IMG/VR virus record: IMGVR_UViG_3300049489_000283
Span: 1-64,000 of that record
Source of the DNA: a virus
Direction: 5' to 3' (one strand)
DNA length: 64,000 nt
The notes beneath the pieces are model-generated. The model was not told where the DNA came from. It saw only the letters and a list, made by a program, of their open reading frames with translations, and searched no databases. This document shows positions 1-8,898 of the stretch, one piece after another. Position numbers and translations under genes: made by a program. The stretch's first letter is position 1, and every line of letters starts with the position of its first letter.

Positions 1-1176
1 TCGTATGGACAGCAGCCGGGAGCGATGCCAGGGATGCCAGGGGTGCCTGGGGCTCCGCCTGCGCCTGGTGCTCCAGCAATGCCGCCCATGGCCGCTGGTC
101 CCAAGCCGCCGGGTTCACCGCCTGCGCCAGCGGCTGCGAAGCCGCCCGCTGCGCCCAAGCAACCGTCGCCAGCGTCTCCAGAGTCTGAAGAGAAGGCGTT
201 CCCGACGCTTCTCCGGCGTGGTGCCCGAGCGACACAGCCGCAGGCCAAGTCGTTTGCGATTGGAGATCAGGCCGCGATGCTCATGCCGCCGGTGATCGCG
301 TTCGACCTGGACGGCACGCTGGCGCAGGACTACGGCGATGAGTTCGATCCGATGTTGATTGGCGAGCCGAGGCCCGAGATTGTTTCCATCCTGCGGACGC
401 TGAAGGCTGTCGGCTGCGTGGTGGTGCTCTACACGGTGCGTGGCCCCGAGAGCTACCCAGCGATTGTCGAGTGGCTGACGCGAAACGACATCCCCTGGGA
501 TGGGATCAATGAGAATCCGCTGTTTGGCCAGAATCTCGAAAGCAAGATGATGTTCGACGTGTTGATCGACGATCGCGCAGTGAACTCCAGGACTCCAGAG
601 GGCGTGATTCTCCAGTCGGTGATCACTCAGATCGATCCGATGTTTGGTGAGATGATTCGCCAGGAGATGATGTCCCAGCGTACGAGCCGGTATGGATTTC
701 TGATGGCCCCGCTGGCTGGCAGGATGGCAGACGAGATCAGGCCGCTTCAGAAGCTGATCGATCCTGCGGATCTCGCTGGTGATGGTCTGGTGCGTGATCT
801 GCATATCACGATCCTTGCCAACATCATGGACCGGGACCGCGATTCGATCGCCAGAGTGATGTCGTCAGTGGCTCGCGCGCCGTTCAGGATGGCCAAGGGT
901 GTCACTGTGTTTGACGAGGTATCGCCGGGCGTGTCCGCGTTGGTCGTTGAGATCCAGGGCGATGCAGTGCCGGTGCTCCATGAGGTCGCAGCGAGGTCGT
1001 TCTCGCACCTGGAGACGTTCAAGACTTATCGGCCCCACGTCACGCTTGGTTACGTGAAGAGTGAGGCAGTAGACCGGTATGTCACGATGCAGATCCCGAA
1101 CATTGGATCAACCGTCGAGACGCTTTCGTTCGTGGCCCCCGGCGAACCTGAATTGATCATTCCGCTGAGAGGGTAG
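1..1176 (+). CDS. 3' part of a large protein (possibly a portal C-terminal extension): Pro-rich linker, HAD-family phosphatase and Acb1/T4 gp57B-like 2H phosphodiesterase
   Basis: Frame is open from base 1. HAD motifs IAFDLDGTLA, LYTVR and LIDDRA. Two 2H motifs, LHITIL and RPHVTLGY. Portal identity is inference only. Confidence 0.75.
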   Translation, partial: SYGQQPGAMPGMPGVPGAPPAPGAPAMPPMAAGPKPPGSPPAPAAAKPPAAPKQPSPASPESEEKAFPTLLRRGARATQPQAKSFAIGDQAAMLMPPVIAFDLDGTLAQDYGDEFDPMLIGEPRPEIVSILRTLKAVGCVVVLYTVRGPESYPAIVEWLTRNDIPWDGINENPLFGQNLESKMMFDVLIDDRAVNSRTPEGVILQSVITQIDPMFGEMIRQEMMSQRTSRYGFLMAPLAGRMADEIRPLQKLIDPADLAGDGLVRDLHITILANIMDRDRDSIARVMSSVARAPFRMAKGVTVFDEVSPGVSALVVEIQGDAVPVLHEVAARSFSHLETFKTYRPHVTLGYVKSEAVDRYVTMQIPNIGSTVETLSFVAPGEPELIIPLRG

Positions 1177-1180
1177 CAAC

Positions 1181-1522
1181 GTGCTGGTAGTGAGAAGGAA
1201 GAGCGGTCAGTCGGTCTCCATTGTCCATCGCGGAGAGACGCTGCGCATCAAGGTGAGCGCTTCAGAAGCCCGCAACGTGACGCTGGTTGTGGACGGACCA
1301 GAGACGTTCCGCGTACATCGGACGGAGACGCTTGACCCAGATGGCGAGTCTGGTGTGGACTGCTTCGTGGAGGGCCAGGGGAGCCGGTTTCGCCGCGCGG
1401 TGATCGTCCGCTTCCTGGGCGAAGAGATGGTGGTCAGGTACGACGATGGTGTGGTTGAGACGGTTCCAAAAAAAACTGTGACAATCGTCAAAAAAGAGCG
1501 CCCTGAGCCTGTCTCCGATTGA
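1181..1522 (+). CDS. csrA: CsrA/RsmA-family RNA-binding protein with a C-terminal SH3/Tudor-like extension
   Basis: MLVVRRKSGQSVSI...IKV...VTLVVDGPETFRVHRTE matches the CsrA pattern MLvLtRKxgesI...P..v.vhReE. Confidence 0.8.
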   Translation: MLVVRRKSGQSVSIVHRGETLRIKVSASEARNVTLVVDGPETFRVHRTETLDPDGESGVDCFVEGQGSRFRRAVIVRFLGEEMVVRYDDGVVETVPKKTVTIVKKERPEPVSD

Positions 1523-1525
1523 GCC
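1498..1525 (+). promoter_or_regulatory. Conserved bipartite promoter-like motif (N15 variant)
   Basis: GCGCCCTG-N15-GAGCC, followed by a hairpin and CGGGAG before ATG 1582. Confidence 0.7.
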
Positions 1526-1581
1526 TGTTCTGTTGCGGGGATGGTTCCCGCAAGCAACGAACACGATCGGGAGAGTCTGAG

Positions 1582-1902
1582 ATGCACAAAATCACCGTGA
1601 CCATGAACGGGCGCCGAGCCTCCTTCATGTCGGTCAGCTCCAAGGTTGCCTACGCGGCTGCCAAGGAGTGGATGGAAGCCGGGTTCAAGAACATGCCCAA
1701 GGGTGGCGTCTACGCTTGGTCGTTCGCTCACCGGGTTCGCACCGAGGTCATCGCAATGGTCGGGATTCCCGGCTGCGGCCTGTGGCGGATGAACGTGCCC
1801 ACGTCGCTGGAGTCTGCGGTGGCGAGCTGGACCGCAATGACGGTCAGCTATGGGATCGATAAGGGCGGAGCCATGATGGCCCTGGAAAATCTTTCTGGTT
1901 AG
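1582..1902 (+). CDS. Hypothetical early protein
   Basis: ORF with CGGGAG RBS downstream of the motif. Confidence 0.65.
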   Translation: MHKITVTMNGRRASFMSVSSKVAYAAAKEWMEAGFKNMPKGGVYAWSFAHRVRTEVIAMVGIPGCGLWRMNVPTSLESAVASWTAMTVSYGIDKGGAMMALENLSG

Positions 1903-1903
1903 C

Positions 1904-1930
1904 GCGCCCTGAAGGCGACCGGACGGGGCC
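1904..1930 (+). promoter_or_regulatory. Conserved bipartite promoter-like motif
   Basis: GCGCCCTG-N14-GGGCC. Confidence 0.75.
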
Positions 1931-1988
1931 AGTATCTACGGGGCGGCAGTTGTGTCGCCCGGAGCAACACGCAAAAACGGGAAACGAT

Positions 1989-2342
1989 ATGTCAAATTCA
2001 GTGTCTCGATCAGTTGATCCGGTTCATGCCTGCATGTTGGAGATGCGACGGTTCTTCGAGCCTCGCTACTTGGGGATGTTGGGCAAGGATCGGCTTGCCC
2101 CATTCAGCGGCAAGGAGTGGGCGATCCGGATGGAAGGTTGCGAGACGATCGCGACTTACGCTGGGGACATGATGGACGTGGTGGTCTACTTCTTCGATTC
2201 GGGTGAATACTCGGTTCGGTTCGAGTCTCCATACGGGACGCATGAGACCAGGAAGAAGTTGCTGCCGGAAAACGCCGGAGCGATCGCGCACGAGATCGCC
2301 AAGCTGTACGCCGATGCGATCGAAGTGGATGCGATCCGATAA
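1989..2342 (+). CDS. Hypothetical early protein
   Basis: ORF with AACGGGA RBS. Confidence 0.65.
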   Translation: MSNSVSRSVDPVHACMLEMRRFFEPRYLGMLGKDRLAPFSGKEWAIRMEGCETIATYAGDMMDVVVYFFDSGEYSVRFESPYGTHETRKKLLPENAGAIAHEIAKLYADAIEVDAIR

Positions 2343-2355
2343 ATTCGAAAATAGC

Positions 2356-2382
2356 GCGCCCTGAAAGATCGGGCGTTGGGCC
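2356..2382 (+). promoter_or_regulatory. Conserved bipartite promoter-like motif
   Basis: GCGCCCTG-N14-GGGCC. Confidence 0.75.
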
Positions 2383-2441
2383 TAGTTAAGTGGGGCGGTG
2401 AGCAAAGCCGCCCGACACGCAACACAAATGGGAGATCAGAA

Positions 2442-2660
2442 ATGGCCAAATCGTTTCACTTGCGTTTCCTTGAGAACGAAGACGAAGCGCAGCACACTGG
2501 CTACGAGTTCGAGCCACGGGACGGAAATGTGTTCGTCGCTCGGACGTATCATCATCCGGAGTATTCGGAGCACGACCCAGGCAATGTGATGCCTGTGGAC
2601 TTCGCTAGATTGCTGTGGAAGAAGCTGGTTGATTCTGGCCGGTATATTCCGGTCGCGTAA
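2442..2660 (+). CDS. Hypothetical early protein
   Basis: ORF with TGGGAG RBS. Confidence 0.6.
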   Translation: MAKSFHLRFLENEDEAQHTGYEFEPRDGNVFVARTYHHPEYSEHDPGNVMPVDFARLLWKKLVDSGRYIPVA

Positions 2661-2737
2661 GAATTTTAGGACTTGCAAAACGAGCAAGTCGGCCAAGAAT
2701 GAGCATCAGAGCTTGGCAGGAATAATTTTGAGAATCA

Positions 2738-2764
2738 GCGCCCTGTGCTGATTTTGATTGAGCC
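2738..2764 (+). promoter_or_regulatory. Conserved bipartite promoter-like motif
   Basis: GCGCCCTG-N14-GAGCC, then the hairpin GGGAGAGG-TCGCAAC-CCTCTCCC. Confidence 0.75.
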
Positions 2765-2834
2765 TGTGATTAAGGGGAGAGGTCGCAACCCTCTCCCGGA
2801 CAATTCTAAGTTTCTCAAACGGGAGTATCTGCAA

Positions 2835-3986
2835 ATGGCACATGAACTATCTTCGTCCGACGCAAGCCGATTGGTTCTTCGCAGCAAGCGAGCATGGCAC
2901 GGTCTTGGGAGCGTGATCGATGGCGACCTGAGCGCCGTGGAGGCTGGCGAGCAGTTCGGCTTCTTTGATCCGATTCACGGATGGGGTCTGGCAGCCCACA
3001 ACCACAACGCCATCTTGGCGCTGAACGAACTGGAGAAGGCGCTCAACCTGGGGTCTGTTGGCGAGGCACGAAACGCATTGAATCGATTCTTGGCCAACCG
3101 GCTGGATGTCGATTCCCACAAGGCCAACGTGATGGTGAGCAATCACGACGGGATTGAGGCGTTCGACCTGCTGGGCGTGGTGGGATCTGGATACCAGACC
3201 TGCCAGAACCGTGAGCTTGCGGAGTTCACCGACGCGCTGGCTCAGACCGGCAAGGTGGTGATCGAGACCGCTGGAACGATCCAGAACGGCAAGCGGATTT
3301 GGTTCCTGGCTCGTGGCGAGAGCTTCGAGGTTGGGAGTGGTGATGAGGTTTTCAGTTACGTGATGGTCAGCAACGCACACGACGGGAGCAGCGCGATTCG
3401 AGTGACTCCTACCACGGTTCGAGTGGTTTGCTCCAACACGTTCCACATGGTGGTGCCTCGTGTTGAAGATGGATCGACTCGGGTTGAGTCGGCGGCACTG
3501 GCGCTGCGTCACAGCGGCGACCTGATGAGCAAGCTGGCTGAAGCGCGTAACGCGATTCGCCACTACGGTGAGATCCTGTCGATCAACAAGTCGCTGTTCA
3601 ATCGACTGCAAGAGCAGAAGATCAGCCGCGACAAGGCGCTGGAGTTCTTCGCTGGTCAGTACACTCAGCTCGGCTGGGCGATCCCGACCAAGGAAGAGCT
3701 GGGTAGCAGCGATAAGGATGTCCAGAAGCTGGCTGAGCGACGTGAGCGAAAGATGAAGAGGGCTGCGGCTGACTTCCTGAAGCGGTACGACGCTGAGAAG
3801 GAGCTGGCTGGAGGCGAGTCGGCATGGTTGGCGTTCAATGCGATGACTGGCGTGCTACAGCACGACATTGCATCGACTGGTGCCGACGATGAGGCTCGAA
3901 TCGAAAACCGAATCAAGAGCAATCTGTTCGGGGTTGGTGCTGATCGTGCTCAGAACGTCTTCGAGGCGGCTCTGGCGATCGCGTAA
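2835..3986 (+). CDS. DUF932/DUF945-family phage/plasmid protein
   Basis: AWHGLG, ETAGTIQNGKRIWFLA and NAHDGSSAIRVTPTTVRVVCSNT motifs. Confidence 0.85.
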   Translation: MAHELSSSDASRLVLRSKRAWHGLGSVIDGDLSAVEAGEQFGFFDPIHGWGLAAHNHNAILALNELEKALNLGSVGEARNALNRFLANRLDVDSHKANVMVSNHDGIEAFDLLGVVGSGYQTCQNRELAEFTDALAQTGKVVIETAGTIQNGKRIWFLARGESFEVGSGDEVFSYVMVSNAHDGSSAIRVTPTTVRVVCSNTFHMVVPRVEDGSTRVESAALALRHSGDLMSKLAEARNAIRHYGEILSINKSLFNRLQEQKISRDKALEFFAGQYTQLGWAIPTKEELGSSDKDVQKLAERRERKMKRAAADFLKRYDAEKELAGGESAWLAFNAMTGVLQHDIASTGADDEARIENRIKSNLFGVGADRAQNVFEAALAIA

Positions 3987-4076
3987 CGAGATGGCTTGTG
4001 GTGACTCCGGGGAAGCCCGCTTTCCCGGAGTGGGTCTTGTCGCCAGCTTTTAGTCTTGGGAGTTGGCGACATGGTT

Positions 4077-4141
4077 TCCACTGACGGGTTCGAGCTCGGG
4101 GTTCATGCCCCCTTGCGGCTGGTTCAATTCCAGACGGTGGA
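4077..4141 (+). tRNA. Degenerate tRNA-like element, anticodon CAT, shrunken D-arm
   Basis: Acceptor TCCACTG/CGGTGGA. Anticodon arm GGGG-TTCATGC-CCCC. T-arm CTGG-TTCAATT-CCAG. No encoded CCA. Confidence 0.5.
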
Positions 4142-4185
4142 ACTTTTGGTGTTGGTTGTGCGTGTTTCAAACGGGAGATGAGAAG

Positions 4186-4803
4186 ATGGCAATCGTCAAA
4201 GAAGGCAAGATTGCACTCGACCTATTCGAGTGCGAAGAGATCCACGGCGAAGAGGGAGAGGATCAGGAGGCAGCGATCGAGCTGCTGGAGAAGATCGGGA
4301 TGGAGGGACAGCTCTCGATGGTCAAGGAGATCGAGGGCGAGCGCAAGCGTCAGAACTTCCGTGAGATGACGGCTGACGAGCGTTTTGTCTTCGAGGTGCT
4401 GTGCCCGCAGAAGATCAAGCTGGAGGACTACAAGCGGTGTCCGGTGCCGCTTCGGGTGCTTCGGCGGATACAGGAAGCGGTTGCGTCCGGGATGTTCGAG
4501 AAGATCGAGATCTGGGACAAGACCGACCAGTCGGTCAAAGACCCGGTCGTCGTTGGGATCACGTCGGTTCCCGGCAGTAGCTGGAACAAGACGTATCACC
4601 CGATCGCACGATGGGGCGCCGAGCTGGATGAGATGCCAGCGATGATCAAGGACTCGGTTCGGATTGTTCGGGAGCGTCTTGCTGGTCAGGCTGCGTCGGC
4701 TGAGTGCAAGGCAAGGGCGTTCCGCGAAGAGGTCAAGCTGATGAGCGCCGAGCAGGTTATGGCCAAGGGAGCTGGCTCTTCGGTTTCGCTCTACGGAGTG
4801 TAG
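4186..4803 (+). CDS. Hypothetical phage protein
   Basis: 205-aa ORF with AACGGGAG RBS. Confidence 0.7.
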   Translation: MAIVKEGKIALDLFECEEIHGEEGEDQEAAIELLEKIGMEGQLSMVKEIEGERKRQNFREMTADERFVFEVLCPQKIKLEDYKRCPVPLRVLRRIQEAVASGMFEKIEIWDKTDQSVKDPVVVGITSVPGSSWNKTYHPIARWGAELDEMPAMIKDSVRIVRERLAGQAASAECKARAFREEVKLMSAEQVMAKGAGSSVSLYGV

Positions 4804-4869
4804 GGCTTCGGATGCTGCTATTGATTCGTCGTTCCTCTGTGGGATGATCTTCGAAACGGAGGAACGGCG

Positions 4870-5121
4870 ATGAGATTCTTGGTGACGAAGCGGATGCGTA
4901 AGCGAGTCAGGAGTGTGGCTCGCGAACGGTACATGGGATTTGGCTCGACGGTCGCGATCGAGGGAATGGAGGAGGCGATTCGGGAGGAGTTCTCGAATCC
5001 GATCTACGTGTTTCTGATTGACTTCTTGGTGAAGCTGGCTGTGGAGTTGATTCTCCACTGGCTGAACGAAGGGGTCGGCTCTCCGGATCTTGAGTACCAA
5101 GAGGGCGAGCCTGGGTTTTGA
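4870..5121 (+). CDS. Hypothetical protein
   Basis: ORF preceded by GGAGG. Confidence 0.55.
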   Translation: MRFLVTKRMRKRVRSVARERYMGFGSTVAIEGMEEAIREEFSNPIYVFLIDFLVKLAVELILHWLNEGVGSPDLEYQEGEPGF

Positions 5122-5172
5122 TCGTTACCAGAGCCACCGCAACTGGCTTTTGTTTTCTACGGGAGTGGTTTT

Positions 5173-6102
5173 ATGAGTGCTGTTATTGAGCGGGAGACCG
5201 CTGTTTCTGTCCCCCTGCCTCTGTCGGTAGCGGGGTCTGGCAATGTGGTCCCGTCTTGGGCGCACGATCTTTCAGTGACACTGGAGTACATCACTCCAGA
5301 GGTCGCGGAGAAGTACCTGCTGCGCAACACGGGGAACTATCGCAAGATCAGGAAGAAGCCGGTCGCCATGATGGTGAACGACTTGATCAAGGGTCACTTC
5401 GATTTCCTTGGCGACACGATCGGGTTCGATACTGATGGTGTGCTAACGGATGGTCAGCACAGGCTGAGCGCTGTCGTGAAGTCGGAGGTTGGGATTTGGG
5501 TGCTGGTCGTCCGTGGGCTTTCTCCGGATGTTCGCAAGAGCGCTGCAAAGGATACGGGTGGCCGTCGCAGCACGTTCGAGCATCTGACGAGCCTGGGGTA
5601 TGTGTCGGCGAATCTGGTCTCGGCAGTCATTCGGCTGGCCTATCGGGTACGAGAAGGGGACATCTACGGCGGCACGGATCGAGCAACCGATTCGGTGGTC
5701 GTGGAGATCGCCAAGAAGTTTCCTGGGCTCGTGGAGTCGGCTTACTTTGCTCAGAAGGTCAGGGACGGCGGCGTGTCTCACACGGCGCTCGGTGTCTGGC
5801 ACTGGCTGGCTGGCTTTGAGGGACAGACGGAGATCCTTGACGAGTGCATGGGCGTTTTGGCTGGCAAGCTGGACGTGAGCACGTTCCATCCTTTCGCCAG
5901 GGTTCGAGAGACGCTGCTGAAACAGCGTCAGGAGACCGCAGCGAAGCGCGGGACAGTGAGCACGGAGCATCACCTGCGATTGCTGTTTGCAGCGTGGGAG
6001 AAGGCCAAGGCTGGTGAGCAGGCAAAGAATCTCCGTGGAGCGAACAAGCTGCGTCTTTGTGATGCAGCGGTGGCGGCGACTGAGGCGATTCGTCGGGTTT
6101 AA
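5173..6102 (+). CDS. ParB/Srx-like DGQHR-domain protein
   Basis: ITPEVAEKYL..N..NYR...IGFDTDGVLTDGQHRLSAVV. Confidence 0.7.
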   Translation: MSAVIERETAVSVPLPLSVAGSGNVVPSWAHDLSVTLEYITPEVAEKYLLRNTGNYRKIRKKPVAMMVNDLIKGHFDFLGDTIGFDTDGVLTDGQHRLSAVVKSEVGIWVLVVRGLSPDVRKSAAKDTGGRRSTFEHLTSLGYVSANLVSAVIRLAYRVREGDIYGGTDRATDSVVVEIAKKFPGLVESAYFAQKVRDGGVSHTALGVWHWLAGFEGQTEILDECMGVLAGKLDVSTFHPFARVRETLLKQRQETAAKRGTVSTEHHLRLLFAAWEKAKAGEQAKNLRGANKLRLCDAAVAATEAIRRV

Positions 6103-6338
6103 TGGCGCTTGATGATTCGACTCGGCTGGACCCCCTCATCAGTGATCACAAGTGGATGCTGATGAGGGTGGTCCGCGCCGATTCGCTCAAGGATCTTGAT
6201 GGTGTTGAGATCGACCTGGAGAACGACATCTTTGAGAACCAGGAGTACGCCAGGGATAAGGTGAAGGTCAGCCAGATCCGTTATCGACTGGAACAGAAGC
6301 GAAAGGAATTGCTGAGTGATACCGAATCTGCTGTATGA
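6102..6338 (+). CDS. Hypothetical protein
   Basis: TAATG coupling to the upstream gene. Confidence 0.55.
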   Translation: MALDDSTRLDPLISDHKWMLMRVVRADSLKDLDGVEIDLENDIFENQEYARDKVKVSQIRYRLEQKRKELLSDTESAV

Positions 6339-6516
6339 CATCTGCCGGTGCCACGACACCGGCTGTCCGGAGAGGGAGACGTGTCTTCGGTTTTTGAGGC
6401 GGGACGATCTCGGCTGGCGAGTTGCCAGCGCGGCGACGTTCCGCGAGGCCGATGGAAAGTGCAACAACAAAATACCGTACGACCCAAAGCGGTCGGAGCA
6501 TGTGAGGAAAGGATGA
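6316..6516 (+). CDS. Small Cys-rich phage protein
   Basis: DICRC...CPERETCLRF pattern. Confidence 0.55.
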   Translation: MIPNLLYDICRCHDTGCPERETCLRFLRRDDLGWRVASAATFREADGKCNNKIPYDPKRSEHVRKG

Positions 6517-6615
6517 TCGGCAAGGGACTGCTGCTGCTTGGTTTTCTTTTGGTCTGTACGGCGATCGTGTCTTACCTGTTTGAAACGTGCCCCGAGTGGG
6601 ATGAGGAGGATGGTG

Positions 6616-6816
6616 ATGGATGTTGAAGAAGCTGCGTTTCCGATTCGTCAGGCGGCATACATTTCATACGGCTTGACGAAGAGGGATTACTTCGCTGGCC
6701 AGGCGCTGGCCGGTTTGACGGCGAAGATCTCTCTTGAAGATTGGCGGTACAGGGATCTGGCTGCGATGTGCTATTTGGTCGCTGACGCGATGTTAAGTGA
6801 GCGAGAGAAGGGTTGA
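6616..6816 (+). CDS. Conserved small phage protein
   Basis: AFP...GLTKRDYFAGQALAGL...Y.VADAML.ER, a pattern common in phages. Confidence 0.7.
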   Translation: MDVEEAAFPIRQAAYISYGLTKRDYFAGQALAGLTAKISLEDWRYRDLAAMCYLVADAMLSEREKG

Positions 6817-6959
6817 GCTGAGGTTTGCGTTTGATCTAATCCGGGTGTCTGCTTGTGGTGTCACTTACCAAGGAGTTGCCCGGATGTTGTGAATGTAGAC
6901 CGCCGCCTCGTTCGTCCCGCCATCTTGTTGATTGCTTCTTAGTCTTTTACGTGGGATGA

Positions 6960-7433
6960 ATGAAAATGAATGTCGAGCAAAAGCGTTGTCGAATGTTTCT
7001 CAAGGTGAACCTGAAGAGCCTTGCGAACGAAGCCAAAGAGATCAGGAAGGCCGAGAGGCTGCTGAAGCTGGCTCGTAGGTCAAAGGCCGAGCGTCAGAAG
7101 AAACGAGTCTGTGAGATGGACCCTGTGGTCGCTGGCCAGTACGACGGATCGATCTCGCTGCTTCGGAATCACCGGGTGTTGCGTGTTCGACAAGAGAGCC
7201 GATCGACTCAGTTGGCCTACGCGGCGATCCGTGGGGTGCCATACCGAGAGGTCGAAGGGTTCGCGAAAACCGAACCAGACTGGGAGCGGATTCGAGAGAA
7301 GATTTGCAGGATGCTGTGGGGCGCTGCCGACCGGGCTCAGGTTTCGGAGTGGCTCATTCAGGGGCGTCTTCACTTTGGATCGACGAAGCTGAATCGTGAA
7401 TTGTTGGGTGAAGCGTTTGCTCAGCCCGAATAA
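6960..7433 (+). CDS. Basic hypothetical phage protein
   Basis: LKVNLKSLANEAKEIR...LAYAAIRGVPYREVE. Confidence 0.6.
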   Translation: MKMNVEQKRCRMFLKVNLKSLANEAKEIRKAERLLKLARRSKAERQKKRVCEMDPVVAGQYDGSISLLRNHRVLRVRQESRSTQLAYAAIRGVPYREVEGFAKTEPDWERIREKICRMLWGAADRAQVSEWLIQGRLHFGSTKLNRELLGEAFAQPE

Positions 7434-7464
7434 TGGCCAGCCGGGGCCATAAATCCCGGCAACC

Positions 7465-7538
7465 GCGAGCAATAGCTGGGTGGTCCAGCGACGGGCTTTC
7501 AATCCCGTGACAGAGGCGTTCGACTCGCCTTGCTCGCT
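7465..7538 (+). tRNA. tRNA-like gene with an 8-nt anticodon loop (CTTTCAAT; TTC/Glu or TCA reading)
   Basis: Acceptor GCGAGCA/TGCTCGC. D stem GCTGG/CCAGC. Anticodon stem ACGGG/CCCGT. T-arm AGGCG-TTCGACT-CGCCT. Confidence 0.7.
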
Positions 7539-7582
7539 CTTCCCGTGGTGGGGTGGTGGTTACTCTTGTGATGGATCTAAAA

Positions 7583-8731
7583 ATGAATCGGAAGATTGGA
7601 ATTCAAAAGCTGGAAGATCGGCAGATGTTCGCCGGTGACGTGGTGCAGTTGGCTGGTAGTCAGTTATCGATCTGTGGGACCAATGGAGACGACGTGATCC
7701 AGGTCGATCAGATCAAAGGCACGAATACCGTGAGCGTGGTGGTCAATGGCGGCGATTCCCAGGTGTATGCCGGGGTCAAGTCGCTGCTGATTGTTGGCGG
7801 GAACGGGAATGATGACATCGCCGTGAACACTTACGACGATGCGGACTTCCTGATTTCTTCGCTGATCGCAGGCGGAAACGGAGATGACACGATCCAGGGC
7901 GGTGGTGGCTCGGATGTGTTGGATGGAGGCAATGGGGATGACATCCTCACGAATTTCGTCACCGACGAGAACTACAATCCGGTTGGACGCGGCAGCTTGG
8001 ATGTCCTGCTGGGCGGCAACGGCAACGACACGCTGTGGGGCGGCTGGGGCATCCAGGACACGCTGGACGGCGGCAATGGCGATGACTCGATCTACGACAT
8101 CGTGGGCGGGCGAAACGTCGTCAGCGGTGGCAGGGGCGACGACTTCATTATCGCGCGTAGTGGCGCCGGTCTGCCGACAGATCCGCTGAATAATCCTGGT
8201 GCTCTGGTGTCTGACTTCGTGACCACTGATCGAAGCGATTCGAGCGTGGTTCTGTTCGATGCAGCGACCCAGGCTGGTGGCCCGATTGTCATTGGCAAGA
8301 CGCTGTACGTGCTGAACCTGGGAACTGGCAACATCCAGATCGACCAGGACGGCAACACGCTGACGCTGAACTACAACGGGCAGATCTCGACCTATGACGC
8401 TCGCGACATCACAGCGATCGCTGGGCTGGGTGGAAACGGCAACGACACCTTCACCAACAACACCAGTATCGCTGGCGTGTTCTATGGCCAGGGGGGGAAC
8501 GATGTTCTTCTTGGTGGTGATGGTCGCGATGTGCTCAAGGGCGGCAATGGGAACGACGTGATCGATGGCCGAGGTGGCGAGGACGACATCACCGGTGACG
8601 CTGGCGCGGACACGCTGCTGTCTGCTGGCGACAAGAAGTCGGACATCGTTCGCTTTGATGCGCTCGACACGATCTTCACCGACATTGGTCGAGATCGACG
8701 GGTGAAGAAGACGAACCTTTCGTTTGCATAA
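7583..8731 (+). CDS. RTX/hemolysin-type Ca-binding repeat protein with a planctomycete LEPR-XLL-type N-terminal motif
   Basis: Many GGNG(D/N)D.L nonapeptides. N-terminus IQKLEDRQMFAGD. Confidence 0.85.
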   Translation: MNRKIGIQKLEDRQMFAGDVVQLAGSQLSICGTNGDDVIQVDQIKGTNTVSVVVNGGDSQVYAGVKSLLIVGGNGNDDIAVNTYDDADFLISSLIAGGNGDDTIQGGGGSDVLDGGNGDDILTNFVTDENYNPVGRGSLDVLLGGNGNDTLWGGWGIQDTLDGGNGDDSIYDIVGGRNVVSGGRGDDFIIARSGAGLPTDPLNNPGALVSDFVTTDRSDSSVVLFDAATQAGGPIVIGKTLYVLNLGTGNIQIDQDGNTLTLNYNGQISTYDARDITAIAGLGGNGNDTFTNNTSIAGVFYGQGGNDVLLGGDGRDVLKGGNGNDVIDGRGGEDDITGDAGADTLLSAGDKKSDIVRFDALDTIFTDIGRDRRVKKTNLSFA

Positions 8732-8770
8732 TTGATCGCAGACTGATCCGCCAAGAGTGGACGCAGATCG

Positions 8771-8808
8771 AGCGCCGTCTGGATTATTCTGGGCGGCGCT
8801 TGTTTTTT
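8771..8808 (+). terminator. Intrinsic terminator
   Basis: AGCGCCGTCTGGA...TCTGGGCGGCGCT followed by TGTTTTTT. Confidence 0.65.
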
Positions 8809-8898
8809 GAGATGATGTTTATAGGATTTGGAAGTCGATCAGCGTGGGCACCCGCAACGTGTCTCGCTGGCGTTCTTGCCTGAAGAAACGGGGGTGTT

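Noticed and set aside
4004-4032. Strong hairpin after DUF932 as an ncRNA
   Set aside because: A single stem-loop without further structure; probably a terminator or stability element.
5173-6102. Dnd phosphorothioation system (DndB has DGQHR)
   Set aside because: No other dnd genes are nearby; lone DGQHR proteins are common in phages.
6836-6890. Intergenic long hairpin ATCCGGGT...GCCCGGAT as a riboswitch
   Set aside because: No recognisable aptamer consensus; it cannot be supported without a covariance search.
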